From Candidatus Binatia bacterium (GTDB taxonomy: Bacteria > Desulfobacterota > Binatia > UBA9968 > JAJDTQ01), in NCBI GenBank assembly GCA_963666515.2, contig OY762897.2:3168001-3232000 (forward strand): a stretch of 64,000 bases of DNA, in the 5' to 3' direction. The position numbers and the translations under genes were made by a program. The notes under the pieces are model-generated. The model saw nothing but the letters and a program-made list of their open reading frames with translations. It had not been told where the DNA came from and made no database searches. How positions within the stretch are numbered: the stretch's first letter is position 1; every line of letters starts with the position of its first letter. Shown here piece after piece: positions 9,650-18,090 of the stretch.

Positions 9650-10209
9650 GTGAAAGTGACGCCAAATCCGGGGGCCGCATCCAGCACCTCGTCAATACGG
9701 CCGGCGTCCAGCAATGCAAGAGGTTTCGCCGTCGTGTTTTCGAACGGCCACTCCTGGGTGAGAAACGCCCAAGCCAGTTCGGGGTCTCCGATAATGTCCA
9801 TGACCTCTGCCAAGCCGGAAACGACCCGACCGGGACCGAGGATCTGCGCCGCGGGAATGCTCAGTCCGCGCTTGGTTGACCTCCAGGCAAGTAGCGTCTT
9901 CTTTTCCACCCAGTCATAGATCGTGGTGCGCGATACCCTGAGCCGTGTTGCCGCCTCTGAAACGCCGAGAATGGCGTCGCTGCCACTTCGACGAACGACA
10001 AACGGCTTCAGCTTTTCCGGCACGTCAACGACGGCGCCCCTGTCGTCGGCATCGCATCGCGCCGCCGCCGTTTCCAGGGCGACGGCCACGGCCAAACGCG
10101 CTTCGCGAGGGTGATAGCGAACAAAGTCCCTGGCACTGCTCGACAGGCCTGCCAATCCCTCTACGAGAAACCCGACCGATTCCCTCACTGATTCCTTGGA
10201 GTTGGCCAT
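9646..10209 (-). CDS. Putative antitoxin: excisionase-like HTH plus Xre/MbcA/ParS-like C-terminal domain
   Basis: LGVSEAATRLRVSRTTIYDWVEKKTLLAW (HTH_17-like); C-terminal AWAFLTQ...KPLALLDAGRIDEVLDAA typical of RES-toxin-binding domains; translationally coupled to the RES gene. Confidence 0.75.
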   Translation of the reverse strand: MANSKESVRESVGFLVEGLAGLSSSARDFVRYHPREARLAVAVALETAAARCDADDRGAVVDVPEKLKPFVVRRSGSDAILGVSEAATRLRVSRTTIYDWVEKKTLLAWRSTKRGLSIPAAQILGPGRVVSGLAEVMDIIGDPELAWAFLTQEWPFENTTAKPLALLDAGRIDEVLDAAPGFGVTFT

Positions 10210-10239
10210 ACCGTCCCCGCTTCCTGGTTGATAGGGACC

Positions 10240-10268
10240 ACGATAGCTTACAATGTCCAGTTTGTAAA
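10240..10268 (-). promoter_or_regulatory. Sigma70-like promoter of the RES TA operon with overlapping inverted repeat (putative operator)
   Basis: Minus strand TTTACA (10268-10263) -17 bp- TATCGT (10245-10240); inverted repeat TTACAA-N8-TTGTAA at 10248-10267. Confidence 0.55.
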
Positions 10269-10278
10269 GTATGTAGGG

Positions 10279-10509
10279 CTATACCTGCTGGGCGGCGTAG
10301 GCGCGGGCGCACTCTTCGCTGCAGAAGTAGTGGCCGCCGGAGCGGTAGGCTTCGTTCTTGGGGACGTAGCTCTTGCAGTGGGGGTCGAGGACCATGGACT
10401 CGCCCTGGGAGGGGTCGGAGGCGCTCTTGCCCTTGCGTTTCAGGCTCGAGTAGATCAGCACCAGGAACAGGTAGGCCAGCAGGCCCAGTATCAGAAACTT
10501 GAGGAACAT
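10279..10509 (-). CDS. Small membrane-anchored TRASH/YHS-like metal-binding protein
   Basis: N-terminal TM helix followed by MVLDPHCKSYVP...HYFCSEEC (TRASH-like Cys pattern). Confidence 0.8.
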   Translation of the reverse strand: MFLKFLILGLLAYLFLVLIYSSLKRKGKSASDPSQGESMVLDPHCKSYVPKNEAYRSGGHYFCSEECARAYAAQQV

Positions 10510-10548
10510 GGCAGCGGCACCGTCAATGACGCTCGCGGTTCGTGCGGC

Positions 10549-11046
10549 TCACGGAGAGGCCATCTCCCGGACCTGTCCGTCGTCCTCGACCCGGGCCAGC
10601 AGGTTCCGTATATCGACGCTCAGACGCGGGTGCCTGAGGTCCGGCGCGATCTCGCACAGCGGCGCCAGCACGAACCGGCGGCGGTGAAGCTCCGGGTGCG
10701 GAACAATCAACCCGGGTCCTTCCAACACCATATCATCGAACAGGAGGATGTCCAGATCGATGATCCGGTCGGCCCAGCGTTGCGGGCCGGGCCGGCGGCC
10801 CAGCTCCCTTTCGAGGGACTGGCAGTGCCGCAGGAGGGTCTCCGGGGCCAGGCCCGTATCGACGGCCACGACCCCGTTGACGTACCACTCGGTGCTGGCG
10901 ACGCCCCACGGCTCGGTGGCGAACCAGGACGAGACCTGGCGCACCCGGGTGTCCGGGAACCGTCCGATCCCGCTGACCGCTCGGCGGCAGTTCTCCTGCT
11001 TGCTTCCCTGGTTCGAGCCCACCCCGATGTAGGCGCGGCGGTCCAC
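10549..11046 (-). CDS. folK: 2-amino-4-hydroxy-6-hydroxymethyldihydropteridine pyrophosphokinase
   Basis: AYIGVGSN, TEPWG, LGRR..RWADRIIDLDILLF, VPHPELHRRRFVLAPL. GTG start. Confidence 0.95.
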   Translation of the reverse strand: MDRRAYIGVGSNQGSKQENCRRAVSGIGRFPDTRVRQVSSWFATEPWGVASTEWYVNGVVAVDTGLAPETLLRHCQSLERELGRRPGPQRWADRIIDLDILLFDDMVLEGPGLIVPHPELHRRRFVLAPLCEIAPDLRHPRLSVDIRNLLARVEDDGQVREMASP

Positions 11047-11053
11047 GGTCCTG

Positions 11054-12217
11054 CTAAAGGCTGAGTTGCTGGAGCCGCTCCACGGCTTCTTTCAGCCGCT
11101 CGGCCGGAGAGCACAGGGTCATGCGGATGAAGCCCTCGCCGGGCTCGCCGAAACCGTTGCCGGGGGTGGTGACGATGCCGGCCTCGTCCAGGAGCCGGGC
11201 TGTGAAGTCCGCGGAGGTCCATCCGCCGGGCACGGGCAGCCAGACGTAGAAGGTGGCCCGGGGCGCGGGAAGCTCGAAGCCGGCCCGGTGGAGGCCGTCC
11301 ATCACGGTGTCCCGCCGCTCCTGGTACACTTCGCGGATGGGCTCCAGGAACTCCTCGGCGTGCTCCAGGGCGAGGATGGCCGCCTCCTGCACGGGCTGGA
11401 AGACCCCCGAGTCCACGTTTCCCTTCACCTGCGCCAGCGTCCCCACCAGTTCCGGGCAGCCTACCGCCATGGCGATGCGCCAGCCGGTCATGTTGAAGGT
11501 CTTGGACAGCGAGTGGAACTCGATGGCGACTTCCTTCGCTCCGTCCACCTGCAGGATGCTCGGCGCGCGATAGCCGTCGAAGCCCAGCTCCGTGTAGGCC
11601 GCGTCGTGGCACAGGACGATCTTGTGCCGGTGTGCGAAGTCCACTGCTTCCTTGAGGAAGCTCTCCTCCGCCACCGCGCCGGTGGGGTTGTTGGGATAGT
11701 TGATCCAGAGCATCTTCGCCCGCTCGAGCACGTCCGCAGGGATGCTCGACAGGTCGGGCAGGAACCCGTTCTCGCGCCGGAGCGGCAGGAAGAACACCTC
11801 GCCGCCGTTGAAGTTCGTGCCGATCTCGTACACCGGATAGGCGGGCGTGGGCACCAGCACCACGTCGCCGGGGTCCACGTAGGCCACCGCCATGTTGGCC
11901 ACGCCTTCCTTGGAGCCGATGAGCGAAACCACCTCGGTTGCGGCGTCGAGGGTCACGCCGAAGCGCCGCCCGTACCAGTCGGCTACCGCCTGGCGGAACT
12001 CCATCATTCCCGCGCTGCTGGGATAGCGGTGGTTGGCGGGCTTCGTCACGGCCTCGGTAAGCCTCTGGACGATCCTCCCGGGCGTGGGGAGGTCGGGGTC
12101 CCCGATGCCCAGGTCGATCAGGTCCACTCCCTTGGCCAAGGCGGCGCGCTTCTTCCGGTCGATCTCGGCGAACAGGTACGGCGGCAACTCCTGGATGCGT
12201 CTGGCCTTGTTGAACAT
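11054..12217 (-). CDS. dapL: LL-diaminopimelate aminotransferase (class I/II PLP aminotransferase)
   Basis: LPPYLFAEID, DLGIGDPD, LIGSKEG, NYPNNPTGA, HDAAY, FHSLSKTFNMTGWR. The family is clear; substrate specificity is inferred. Confidence 0.75.
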   Translation of the reverse strand: MFNKARRIQELPPYLFAEIDRKKRAALAKGVDLIDLGIGDPDLPTPGRIVQRLTEAVTKPANHRYPSSAGMMEFRQAVADWYGRRFGVTLDAATEVVSLIGSKEGVANMAVAYVDPGDVVLVPTPAYPVYEIGTNFNGGEVFFLPLRRENGFLPDLSSIPADVLERAKMLWINYPNNPTGAVAEESFLKEAVDFAHRHKIVLCHDAAYTELGFDGYRAPSILQVDGAKEVAIEFHSLSKTFNMTGWRIAMAVGCPELVGTLAQVKGNVDSGVFQPVQEAAILALEHAEEFLEPIREVYQERRDTVMDGLHRAGFELPAPRATFYVWLPVPGGWTSADFTARLLDEAGIVTTPGNGFGEPGEGFIRMTLCSPAERLKEAVERLQQLSL

Positions 12218-12426
12218 GACTCGCGACTCGCTTTCTACTTGATGGGTTGGTGGTTCGAGCCTCGTGCGGTTCCCCGCGCCGGCCCGAAGCCGGGACTGTG
12301 TCGGATGAAGGCGAGCTTACAACATTTCGCGCGTCCTGGTGAAACCCTGGCCTCATGTTCGCGCCGATCTACGGAAACAGGTATATTTTGACACTCCTCG
12401 TCCAAACTCCGACGGAGAATCCACCG

Positions 12427-12942
12427 ATGCCCTTCCATATCGTGGTCGACGGCTACAACGTCATCGGCAGTCAACAGGGTCTGCGCGGCGACCTGGAGCA
12501 GAAGCGGGCCGATCTCGTGAAGGAGGCGGCGCGTTACCAAGCGCGCACCGGCCATTCTCTGACCACCGTCTTCGACGGTTGGCGCGCCGGCCGAACCGAG
12601 GAGACGCGCCAGCAGGTCGGGGAGGTGACCGTGGTGTTCTCTCGCTACGGGGAGAAGGCCGATGCGGTCATCGAACGCCTGGCCCGCGAGTTGGGCGCCA
12701 CGTGCATCGTGGTGACCTCCGACCGGGACCTGCGCAAGAGCGTGGAGAGCAGCGGTGCCGTGGCCGCGTACGTTGGCGAGTTTCTTGCGAAGATGAGGGC
12801 GGATCCGGCGGCCCTCGATGCCGTGGAGGATGACGAGGAATACGAAGCCCCCCCACGCAACGTCGACGGACGGAAGAAAGGTAACCCGCGGCGTCTCTCC
12901 AAGGCCGAGCGGGTGCGCCGCGAACGCCTCGCCAAGCTCTGA
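12427..12942 (+). CDS. NYN-domain (YacP/Rae1-like PIN-fold) putative ribonuclease
   Basis: HIVVDGYNVI, TVFDG, FSRYGEKADAVIE, IVVTSDR; C-terminal KKGNPRRLSK. ATG at 12427. Confidence 0.85.
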   Translation: MPFHIVVDGYNVIGSQQGLRGDLEQKRADLVKEAARYQARTGHSLTTVFDGWRAGRTEETRQQVGEVTVVFSRYGEKADAVIERLARELGATCIVVTSDRDLRKSVESSGAVAAYVGEFLAKMRADPAALDAVEDDEEYEAPPRNVDGRKKGNPRRLSKAERVRRERLAKL

Positions 12943-12962
12943 AGACGCCGGCCCCGCCCCGC

Positions 12963-12991
12963 CTGGATTCCGGCTTTCGCCGGAATGACGG
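12963..12991. repeat. Palindromic repeat CTGGATTCCGGCTTTCGCCGGAATGACGG (dRS3/RPE4-like), intergenic copy
   Basis: Hairpin ATTCCGGC-TTTC-GCCGGAAT between convergent genes; identical 29-mer at 18872-18900. Confidence 0.85.
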
Positions 12992-13061
12992 CTTCGGGCG
13001 TACCGCTACTTTCGCGCCGATGACGGGCTCGGACTCCTGTTCGGAAGCGGGGGCCGGAGGT

Positions 13062-13814
13062 TCAGTTTTCGGAGAACGTCAGGCCGTCGCGTTCGTTGTC
13101 CAGTTCCCGGTCCATGAAGTCCACCACCAGGGGAAAGGCGAGCTTGGCGGTGTGAGGATGGTAACCCTCGGTGCCGGGGTCCACGAAGCCGTGGCCGCCG
13201 AAGGGGAAGAAGTGCCACTCCAGCGGCTGGCCGTTGGCGAGGAAGCTCTCCCACACCTTCTGCTGGATCGGCACGGTGGAGATGCGGTCGTCGACGCCGT
13301 ACAGGATGATGGACGGACACCGGATCTTGCGGGCGGCGTCGTAGGGGTGGACCGGGCGGAACTCGGTAGTCGGCTCCTCCCGCACCGTGGGGTAGTAGCC
13401 GACGAAGGCCCGGACCTCGGGAGTGGCGGCGACGAAATGGATGGCGATGCGCCCGCCCATGCAGTATCCGGACACGGCCACGCGGCCGGCGTCCACGTCG
13501 TTCCGGGACGTGAGATAGTCCCACCCCTGGCGGATGACCCGGACGAAATCCGCATCCTTCGTGCGCGCCTGGATCTGCCGGCCGGTGTGAATATGGGTCA
13601 CGTCGGGATAACCGAGCAGCGAGTACAGTTCGGGCACCACCACGGTGTAGCCGAGATGGGCGAACTTCAGCGCCTCGATCTTGAGATAGTCGGTGAGCCC
13701 GGTGTTCTGGTGCGTCATGAGCAGGGCCGGACCCGGCGTGTCTCGTTCCGGCGCGGCCAGATAGCCGTAGATGCCGTCTCTTTCGGGCGTGAGGACGCGT
13801 TCGTGTACTTTCAT
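13062..13814 (-). CDS. Dienelactone hydrolase family protein
   Basis: Nucleophile elbow GYCMGG, GYYP, YGVDD acid and HGF catalytic His. Confidence 0.88.
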   Translation of the reverse strand: MKVHERVLTPERDGIYGYLAAPERDTPGPALLMTHQNTGLTDYLKIEALKFAHLGYTVVVPELYSLLGYPDVTHIHTGRQIQARTKDADFVRVIRQGWDYLTSRNDVDAGRVAVSGYCMGGRIAIHFVAATPEVRAFVGYYPTVREEPTTEFRPVHPYDAARKIRCPSIILYGVDDRISTVPIQQKVWESFLANGQPLEWHFFPFGGHGFVDPGTEGYHPHTAKLAFPLVVDFMDRELDNERDGLTFSEN

Positions 13815-13843
13815 GGCATGGAGCAGAGTGACGGGAGGCGTGG

Positions 13844-13920
13844 TGGTTGCGGGGGGTGGATTTGAACCACCGACCTCAAGGTTATGAGCCTTGCGAGCTA
13901 CCGGGCTGCTCCACCCCGCA
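13844..13920 (-). tRNA. tRNA-Met(CAT), initiator (fMet) type
   Basis: TGCGGGGTGGAGCAGCCCGGTAGCTCGCAAGGCTCATAACCTTGAGGTCGGTGGTTCAAATCCACCCCCCGCAACCA: 77 nt cloverleaf, CAT anticodon, A11:U24, TTCAAAT T-loop, encoded CCA. Confidence 0.95.
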
Positions 13921-13976
13921 GGATGGTTGTAGCCCGTCGGTGTGGCGGTGTCAACCGAAGCGGGAATCGGGCCGTT

Positions 13977-14471
13977 TTACGGCCGGGGGAACTTCTCCAG
14001 AAGCTGATCGAGCACCACCTCCGGGACGAACGCGGCCACGTCGCCGCCCAGTCCGGCGACCTCCTTGACCAGCCGCGAGCTGATGTAGAAGGACGACTCG
14101 CTCGTCATCATGAAGAAGGTCTCGATATTCGGCTTGAGCCGGCGGTTCATGGTCGCCATCTGAAACTCGTACTCGAAGTCCGACACCGCGCGGAGCCCGC
14201 GAATGACAACCTTGGCCGACACGGCCTCGGCATAGTCCACCAGCAGGCCCTCGAAGCTGTCCACGCGCACGCGCTGCTCGGACTCGAAGACCTTCCGCAC
14301 CGTGGCCATGCGCTCTTCCACCGAAAAGAGGGTACGCCCCTTGTCCTGGTTGCGCGCGATGGCGATGATCACTTGGTCGAAGATTCGGAGCGTTCGCCGC
14401 ACCAGGTCGATGTGCCCGTTGGTGATGGGATCGAACGATCCCGGATAGACCGCTACGCTGATTTCCGCCAT
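13977..14471 (-). CDS. coaD: Phosphopantetheine adenylyltransferase
   Basis: AVYPGSFDPITNGHID, IRGLRAVSDFEYEFQMA, ISSRLVKEVA. Confidence 0.97.
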   Translation of the reverse strand: MAEISVAVYPGSFDPITNGHIDLVRRTLRIFDQVIIAIARNQDKGRTLFSVEERMATVRKVFESEQRVRVDSFEGLLVDYAEAVSAKVVIRGLRAVSDFEYEFQMATMNRRLKPNIETFFMMTSESSFYISSRLVKEVAGLGGDVAAFVPEVVLDQLLEKFPRP

Positions 14472-14478
14472 GTAGAAC

Positions 14479-15039
14479 CTAACCTTGGTTGTCGAGTCCG
14501 AAGAAGGACAGCACCGTGTCGCCGTAGCGCCGCCGGTCGCGGCGCACCAGGGCGCCGTACCGCTCCCCGACTCTTTCCCTCACGCTGTGCTCCGCCACCG
14601 TGACGCCTCCGGCCTGGAGCGTCCGGCCCTGTGAGATCATCGCCAACGCCTTCTCCACCCAGCCGCCGTCGTACGGCGGATCGAGAAGAATGGTGTCGTA
14701 CGCCGCGCCCTCGTCCGCCAGCCGGCTCAAGGCCCTGCCCACCGGCGTCACCCAGACCCGCGCCTGGTCCGAGAACCCGAGCGTTTCGAGGTTCCCGCGG
14801 ATCAGGCCCGCCGCCTCCTCCGACTCGTCCACCAGCAGCGCCGACGCCGCTCCCCGGCTCAATGCCTCCAGGGACAGGCTACCGCTCCCCGCGAAGAGGT
14901 CCAGCACGCGCTGCCCGGAAAGGTCTCGCGGGAGGATGTTGAACAGCGCCTCCCTCACCCGGTCGGCGGTGGGACGGATGGAGCTTCCCTTGGGCGCCTT
15001 GATCCTTCTTCCCCGCGCTGTGCCCCCGATGATGCGCAT
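14479..15039 (-). CDS. rsmD: 16S rRNA (guanine966-N2)-methyltransferase
   Basis: MRIIGG..RGRRI, RPTADRVREALFN, LDLFAGSG, DPPY, YGDT; adjacent to coaD. Confidence 0.95.
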   Translation of the reverse strand: MRIIGGTARGRRIKAPKGSSIRPTADRVREALFNILPRDLSGQRVLDLFAGSGSLSLEALSRGAASALLVDESEEAAGLIRGNLETLGFSDQARVWVTPVGRALSRLADEGAAYDTILLDPPYDGGWVEKALAMISQGRTLQAGGVTVAEHSVRERVGERYGALVRRDRRRYGDTVLSFFGLDNQG

Positions 15040-15076
15040 GCCGCGCTGCTCTACCTCGCGTGGCGCCCGCCACGGA

Positions 15077-15099
15077 GGGCGACCGCCGGTCGCCCCTAC
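15077..15099. repeat. GTAG-family REP element (single copy)
   Basis: GGGCGACCGCCGGTCGCCCCTAC: hairpin plus CTAC (GTAG on the minus strand); near-identical to the copies at 30455-30524. Confidence 0.75.
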
Positions 15100-15168
15100 C
15101 GGTCATCGCGTCTTGCCGGCAACGGCAAATCCTGCGCAGCCTGGTAAAAAACGATCCGGGACACGACG

Positions 15169-16203
15169 CTACCCCGGCAGCAGGACGATCTTGCCGAACT
15201 GTTGGCCGGTCTCCAGCCTGGTCTGGGCCGCGGCGGCTTCCGCCAGCGGGAAGGTCCGGTCGATCACCGGTTTGACCCTTGCCGCCTCGACGAACCGCAG
15301 CACCTGCTCGAACTCTTCGCGGCTGCCCAGGGTGGAGCCGAAGATGCTGAGGTGGTTCCAGAAGATCCGGCGGATGTCCGTCGGCGGCGTGGCGCCGGTG
15401 GTGGCGCCGCAGGTCACCAGCCGCCCACCCTTGACGAGCGCCGCGAGGCTCTTGGCCCAGCTCTCGCCGCCCACGCAGTCCACCACCACGTCCACGCCCC
15501 GCTTGCCGGTGAGGTTGCGGATCTCACGGGTGAAGTCGCACTCCCGGTAGTTCAACCCGTAGTCGGCGCCCATCTCGCGGGCCCGGTCGAGCTTCTCATC
15601 GCTGCTCGACGTCACCGCCACCCAGGCGTTCATGGCCTTGGCGATCTGGAGCGCCGCCATGGCCACGCCGCCGCCGATGCCCAGGATGAGCACCTTCTCG
15701 CCGGGGGCGAGCCGGGCGTTGGTCACCAGCATGCGCCAGACCGTGATGAACACCAGCGGAAAGGCTGCGGCCTCCTCGAACCCGTAGCCCTCCGGGATGG
15801 GAAAGCAGTTGGCCGCGGGGATCGCCACGTACTCGGCGTAGGATCCGTTCATTCCCTCGCCGAGGACGCGCAGGCGGACGCACATGTAGTCGCGGCTGGT
15901 GCGGCAGAACTCGCAGGCGCCGCAGCCCACCGGCGGATACAGGCAGACTTCGTCACCCTGCTTGCAGTGGGTCACCTCGCTCCCCACCTCCTCCACCACG
16001 CCGGCGCCGTCGGCGCCGAGGATGTGTGGGAACTCCACCTTCATGCCGGTCAAACCCTTGCGGTTCCACAGGTCGATGTGGTTCAGGGACGCCGCGCGCA
16101 GGCGCACGATCACGTCTCCCGGCGACCGCAGGACCGGGTCGGGAGCTTCCTCGTAGCGGAGCTTGTCGGCCCCGCCGTACTCGTAAATCTGGACCGCTTT
16201 CAA
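15169..16203 (-). CDS. Zinc-binding medium-chain alcohol dehydrogenase/quinone oxidoreductase family protein
   Basis: ASLNHID, PHILGADGAG, structural Zn CGACEFC..C, GIGGGV, GKIVL. TTG start. Confidence 0.88.
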   Translation of the reverse strand: MKAVQIYEYGGADKLRYEEAPDPVLRSPGDVIVRLRAASLNHIDLWNRKGLTGMKVEFPHILGADGAGVVEEVGSEVTHCKQGDEVCLYPPVGCGACEFCRTSRDYMCVRLRVLGEGMNGSYAEYVAIPAANCFPIPEGYGFEEAAAFPLVFITVWRMLVTNARLAPGEKVLILGIGGGVAMAALQIAKAMNAWVAVTSSSDEKLDRAREMGADYGLNYRECDFTREIRNLTGKRGVDVVVDCVGGESWAKSLAALVKGGRLVTCGATTGATPPTDIRRIFWNHLSIFGSTLGSREEFEQVLRFVEAARVKPVIDRTFPLAEAAAAQTRLETGQQFGKIVLLPG

Positions 16204-16254
16204 GGTAACGACCTCGGAGAAACGTCGGCTCGGCTATGGGGGATGCGGCGGGCG

Positions 16255-16578
16255 TTACGCAGAAAAAGAGGTGCCGCAGCCGCAGGTGCCGGTGGCGTTG
16301 GGGTTGGAAAAGCGGAAGCTGGCGCCTTGCAACTCGCTCACGTAGTCGATGACCGTCCCTTCGAGCTGCTGCAGGATGGGTTTCTCGACGTAGACCTCCA
16401 GGCCTCCCATCTCGATCACCACGTCCTCCGGCCCGGGGCCGTCGTCGAAATCCAGCTTGTAGGAATAGCCGGAGCATCCGCCGGGCATCACCGATACCCG
16501 CAGCCCGCGGTCGGCGAGCCTTTCCCGCTCGCGGATCTTCTTGACGTGCGCGACCGCGGCATCGGTCAGGCGAAGCAT
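16255..16578 (-). CDS. iscA: A-type Fe-S cluster carrier (IscA/ErpA/HesB)
   Basis: LTDAA, GGCSGYSY, NPNATGTCGCGTSF; ATG at 16578. Confidence 0.9.
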   Translation of the reverse strand: MLRLTDAAVAHVKKIRERERLADRGLRVSVMPGGCSGYSYKLDFDDGPGPEDVVIEMGGLEVYVEKPILQQLEGTVIDYVSELQGASFRFSNPNATGTCGCGTSFSA

Positions 16579-16628
16579 GTGCCCGTGACTCTCCACGGTC
16601 TGAAGTCTAGTCAACGGCTCCAGGCAAG

Positions 16629-18059
16629 TCAAGATTCCCGCTGCCGGAGGCCGGCCACGATCTTGTGCGGCAGGTCACCGAAGCTGCCGTTGGACATCAC
16701 CAGGACGATGTCTCCCTCCACCGCATCCCCGACTACGACCCGCGCGATGTCGTCGACGCCGGGCAGGTAGGAGGCCGCCCGGTCCCCGCGGCGGCGGTTG
16801 ATGGAGTCTACGAGATCCGCTGGGGAGAGGCGTTCCGCCTCGGGGATCTTTTCCGCATGGTACAGGTCGGGGAGGACGATGCGGTCCGCCCGGGCTAACG
16901 CCTCGGTGAACTCCGTGAGGAAAATCCGCCTCCGGCTGGTCTGGCTGCGGGGCTCGAAGACCGCCCACAGCCGGCGACCCGGCCAAGCCTCCCGCACGGC
17001 CGCCATGGTATCGGCCACCGCGGTAGGGTGGTGGGCGAAGTCGTCGATGACCAGCACGCCCGCGGCCTCGCCAACGACTTCCTGCCTCCGGCGCACCCCG
17101 CGGAAGGTCGCCAGGGCCGAGCGGATCACCGAAGGGCTCAGCCCGATCTCCCGCGCGGTGGCGTAGACCGCCAGCGCGTTGCCGGCGTTGTGGCGGCCGA
17201 TCAACGGGAGTTCCACCGGGTCCTCGACGGCGCCCCTGAAACAGGGAGTGAAGGTGATCCGGCCATCCCCGGCGCGGATATCGCGGGCCTGCCAGTCGGC
17301 CGAGTCGCCCGCGCCGTAGGACAGCACCGGACAGGCCGCCGCGCCCAGGATATCCATGGCGTTGGCAGCCTCGTCGCACACCAACAGGCTGCCGCCGGGC
17401 GGGATGATCTCCACCAAACGCCGGAACGCCTCCTTCACGTGCTCCAGATCCCGGTAGATGTCCGCGTGGTCGAATTCCAGGCTGGTGAGGATGACCTGCT
17501 CCGGCCGGTAGTGGAGGAACTTCGGCCCCTTGTCGAAGAAGGCGCTGTCGTATTCGTCGCCCTCCATGACCACCCAGGAGCCCGCGCCCGAGTGGAACCC
17601 GCTGCCGAAGTTCACCGGGATGCCGCCGATGAAGAAGCTCGGGTCGAGCCCCGCGGCCACCAGCACCCAGGACATCAGTGAGGTGGTGGTGGTCTTGCCG
17701 TGGGTTCCGGCCACCACCACCGAGCGCTTGCCGTCGATGAGGAAACGGCCCAAGGCCTGGGGCAACGAGACGTAGGGAAGGCCGCGTCGCAGCACGGCTT
17801 CTGCCTCGGGGTTGCCCCGGGACACGGCGTTGCCGATGACCACGAGGTCCGGGCGGTCGCTCACGTGCGCCTCGCTGAAACCGGGCAGGATGTCGATGCC
17901 GATGCTCTCCAGGAAGGTGCTCATGGGCGGGTAGACGTTCTCGTCCGAGCCGGTGATGCGGTAGCCTCGCTGCTTGAGCAGGCCGGCCAGGGAACCCGTG
18001 CCCACGCCGCAGACGGCGACGAAGTGGACGTGCGCCCCGGGACTCAGGTCGGGTCTCAT
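16629..18059 (-). CDS. mpl: UDP-MurNAc:L-Ala-gamma-D-Glu-mDAP ligase (murein peptide ligase)
   Basis: HFVAVCGVGTGSLA, GSDENVYPPMS, AGTHGKTTTTS, EGDEYDSAFFDK, EFDHADIY, DDFAHHPTA, FEPRS, MSNGSFG. Confidence 0.9.
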   Translation of the reverse strand: MRPDLSPGAHVHFVAVCGVGTGSLAGLLKQRGYRITGSDENVYPPMSTFLESIGIDILPGFSEAHVSDRPDLVVIGNAVSRGNPEAEAVLRRGLPYVSLPQALGRFLIDGKRSVVVAGTHGKTTTTSLMSWVLVAAGLDPSFFIGGIPVNFGSGFHSGAGSWVVMEGDEYDSAFFDKGPKFLHYRPEQVILTSLEFDHADIYRDLEHVKEAFRRLVEIIPPGGSLLVCDEAANAMDILGAAACPVLSYGAGDSADWQARDIRAGDGRITFTPCFRGAVEDPVELPLIGRHNAGNALAVYATAREIGLSPSVIRSALATFRGVRRRQEVVGEAAGVLVIDDFAHHPTAVADTMAAVREAWPGRRLWAVFEPRSQTSRRRIFLTEFTEALARADRIVLPDLYHAEKIPEAERLSPADLVDSINRRRGDRAASYLPGVDDIARVVVGDAVEGDIVLVMSNGSFGDLPHKIVAGLRQRES

Positions 18060-18090
18060 GAAACGTGTGCTCCAGGGGCTGGCTCTGGAA

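Noticed and set aside
13062-13843. Possible integrative element at the tRNA-Met 3' end
   Set aside because: No integrase and no duplicated tRNA 3' end were found; the adjacent gene has native-looking codon usage.
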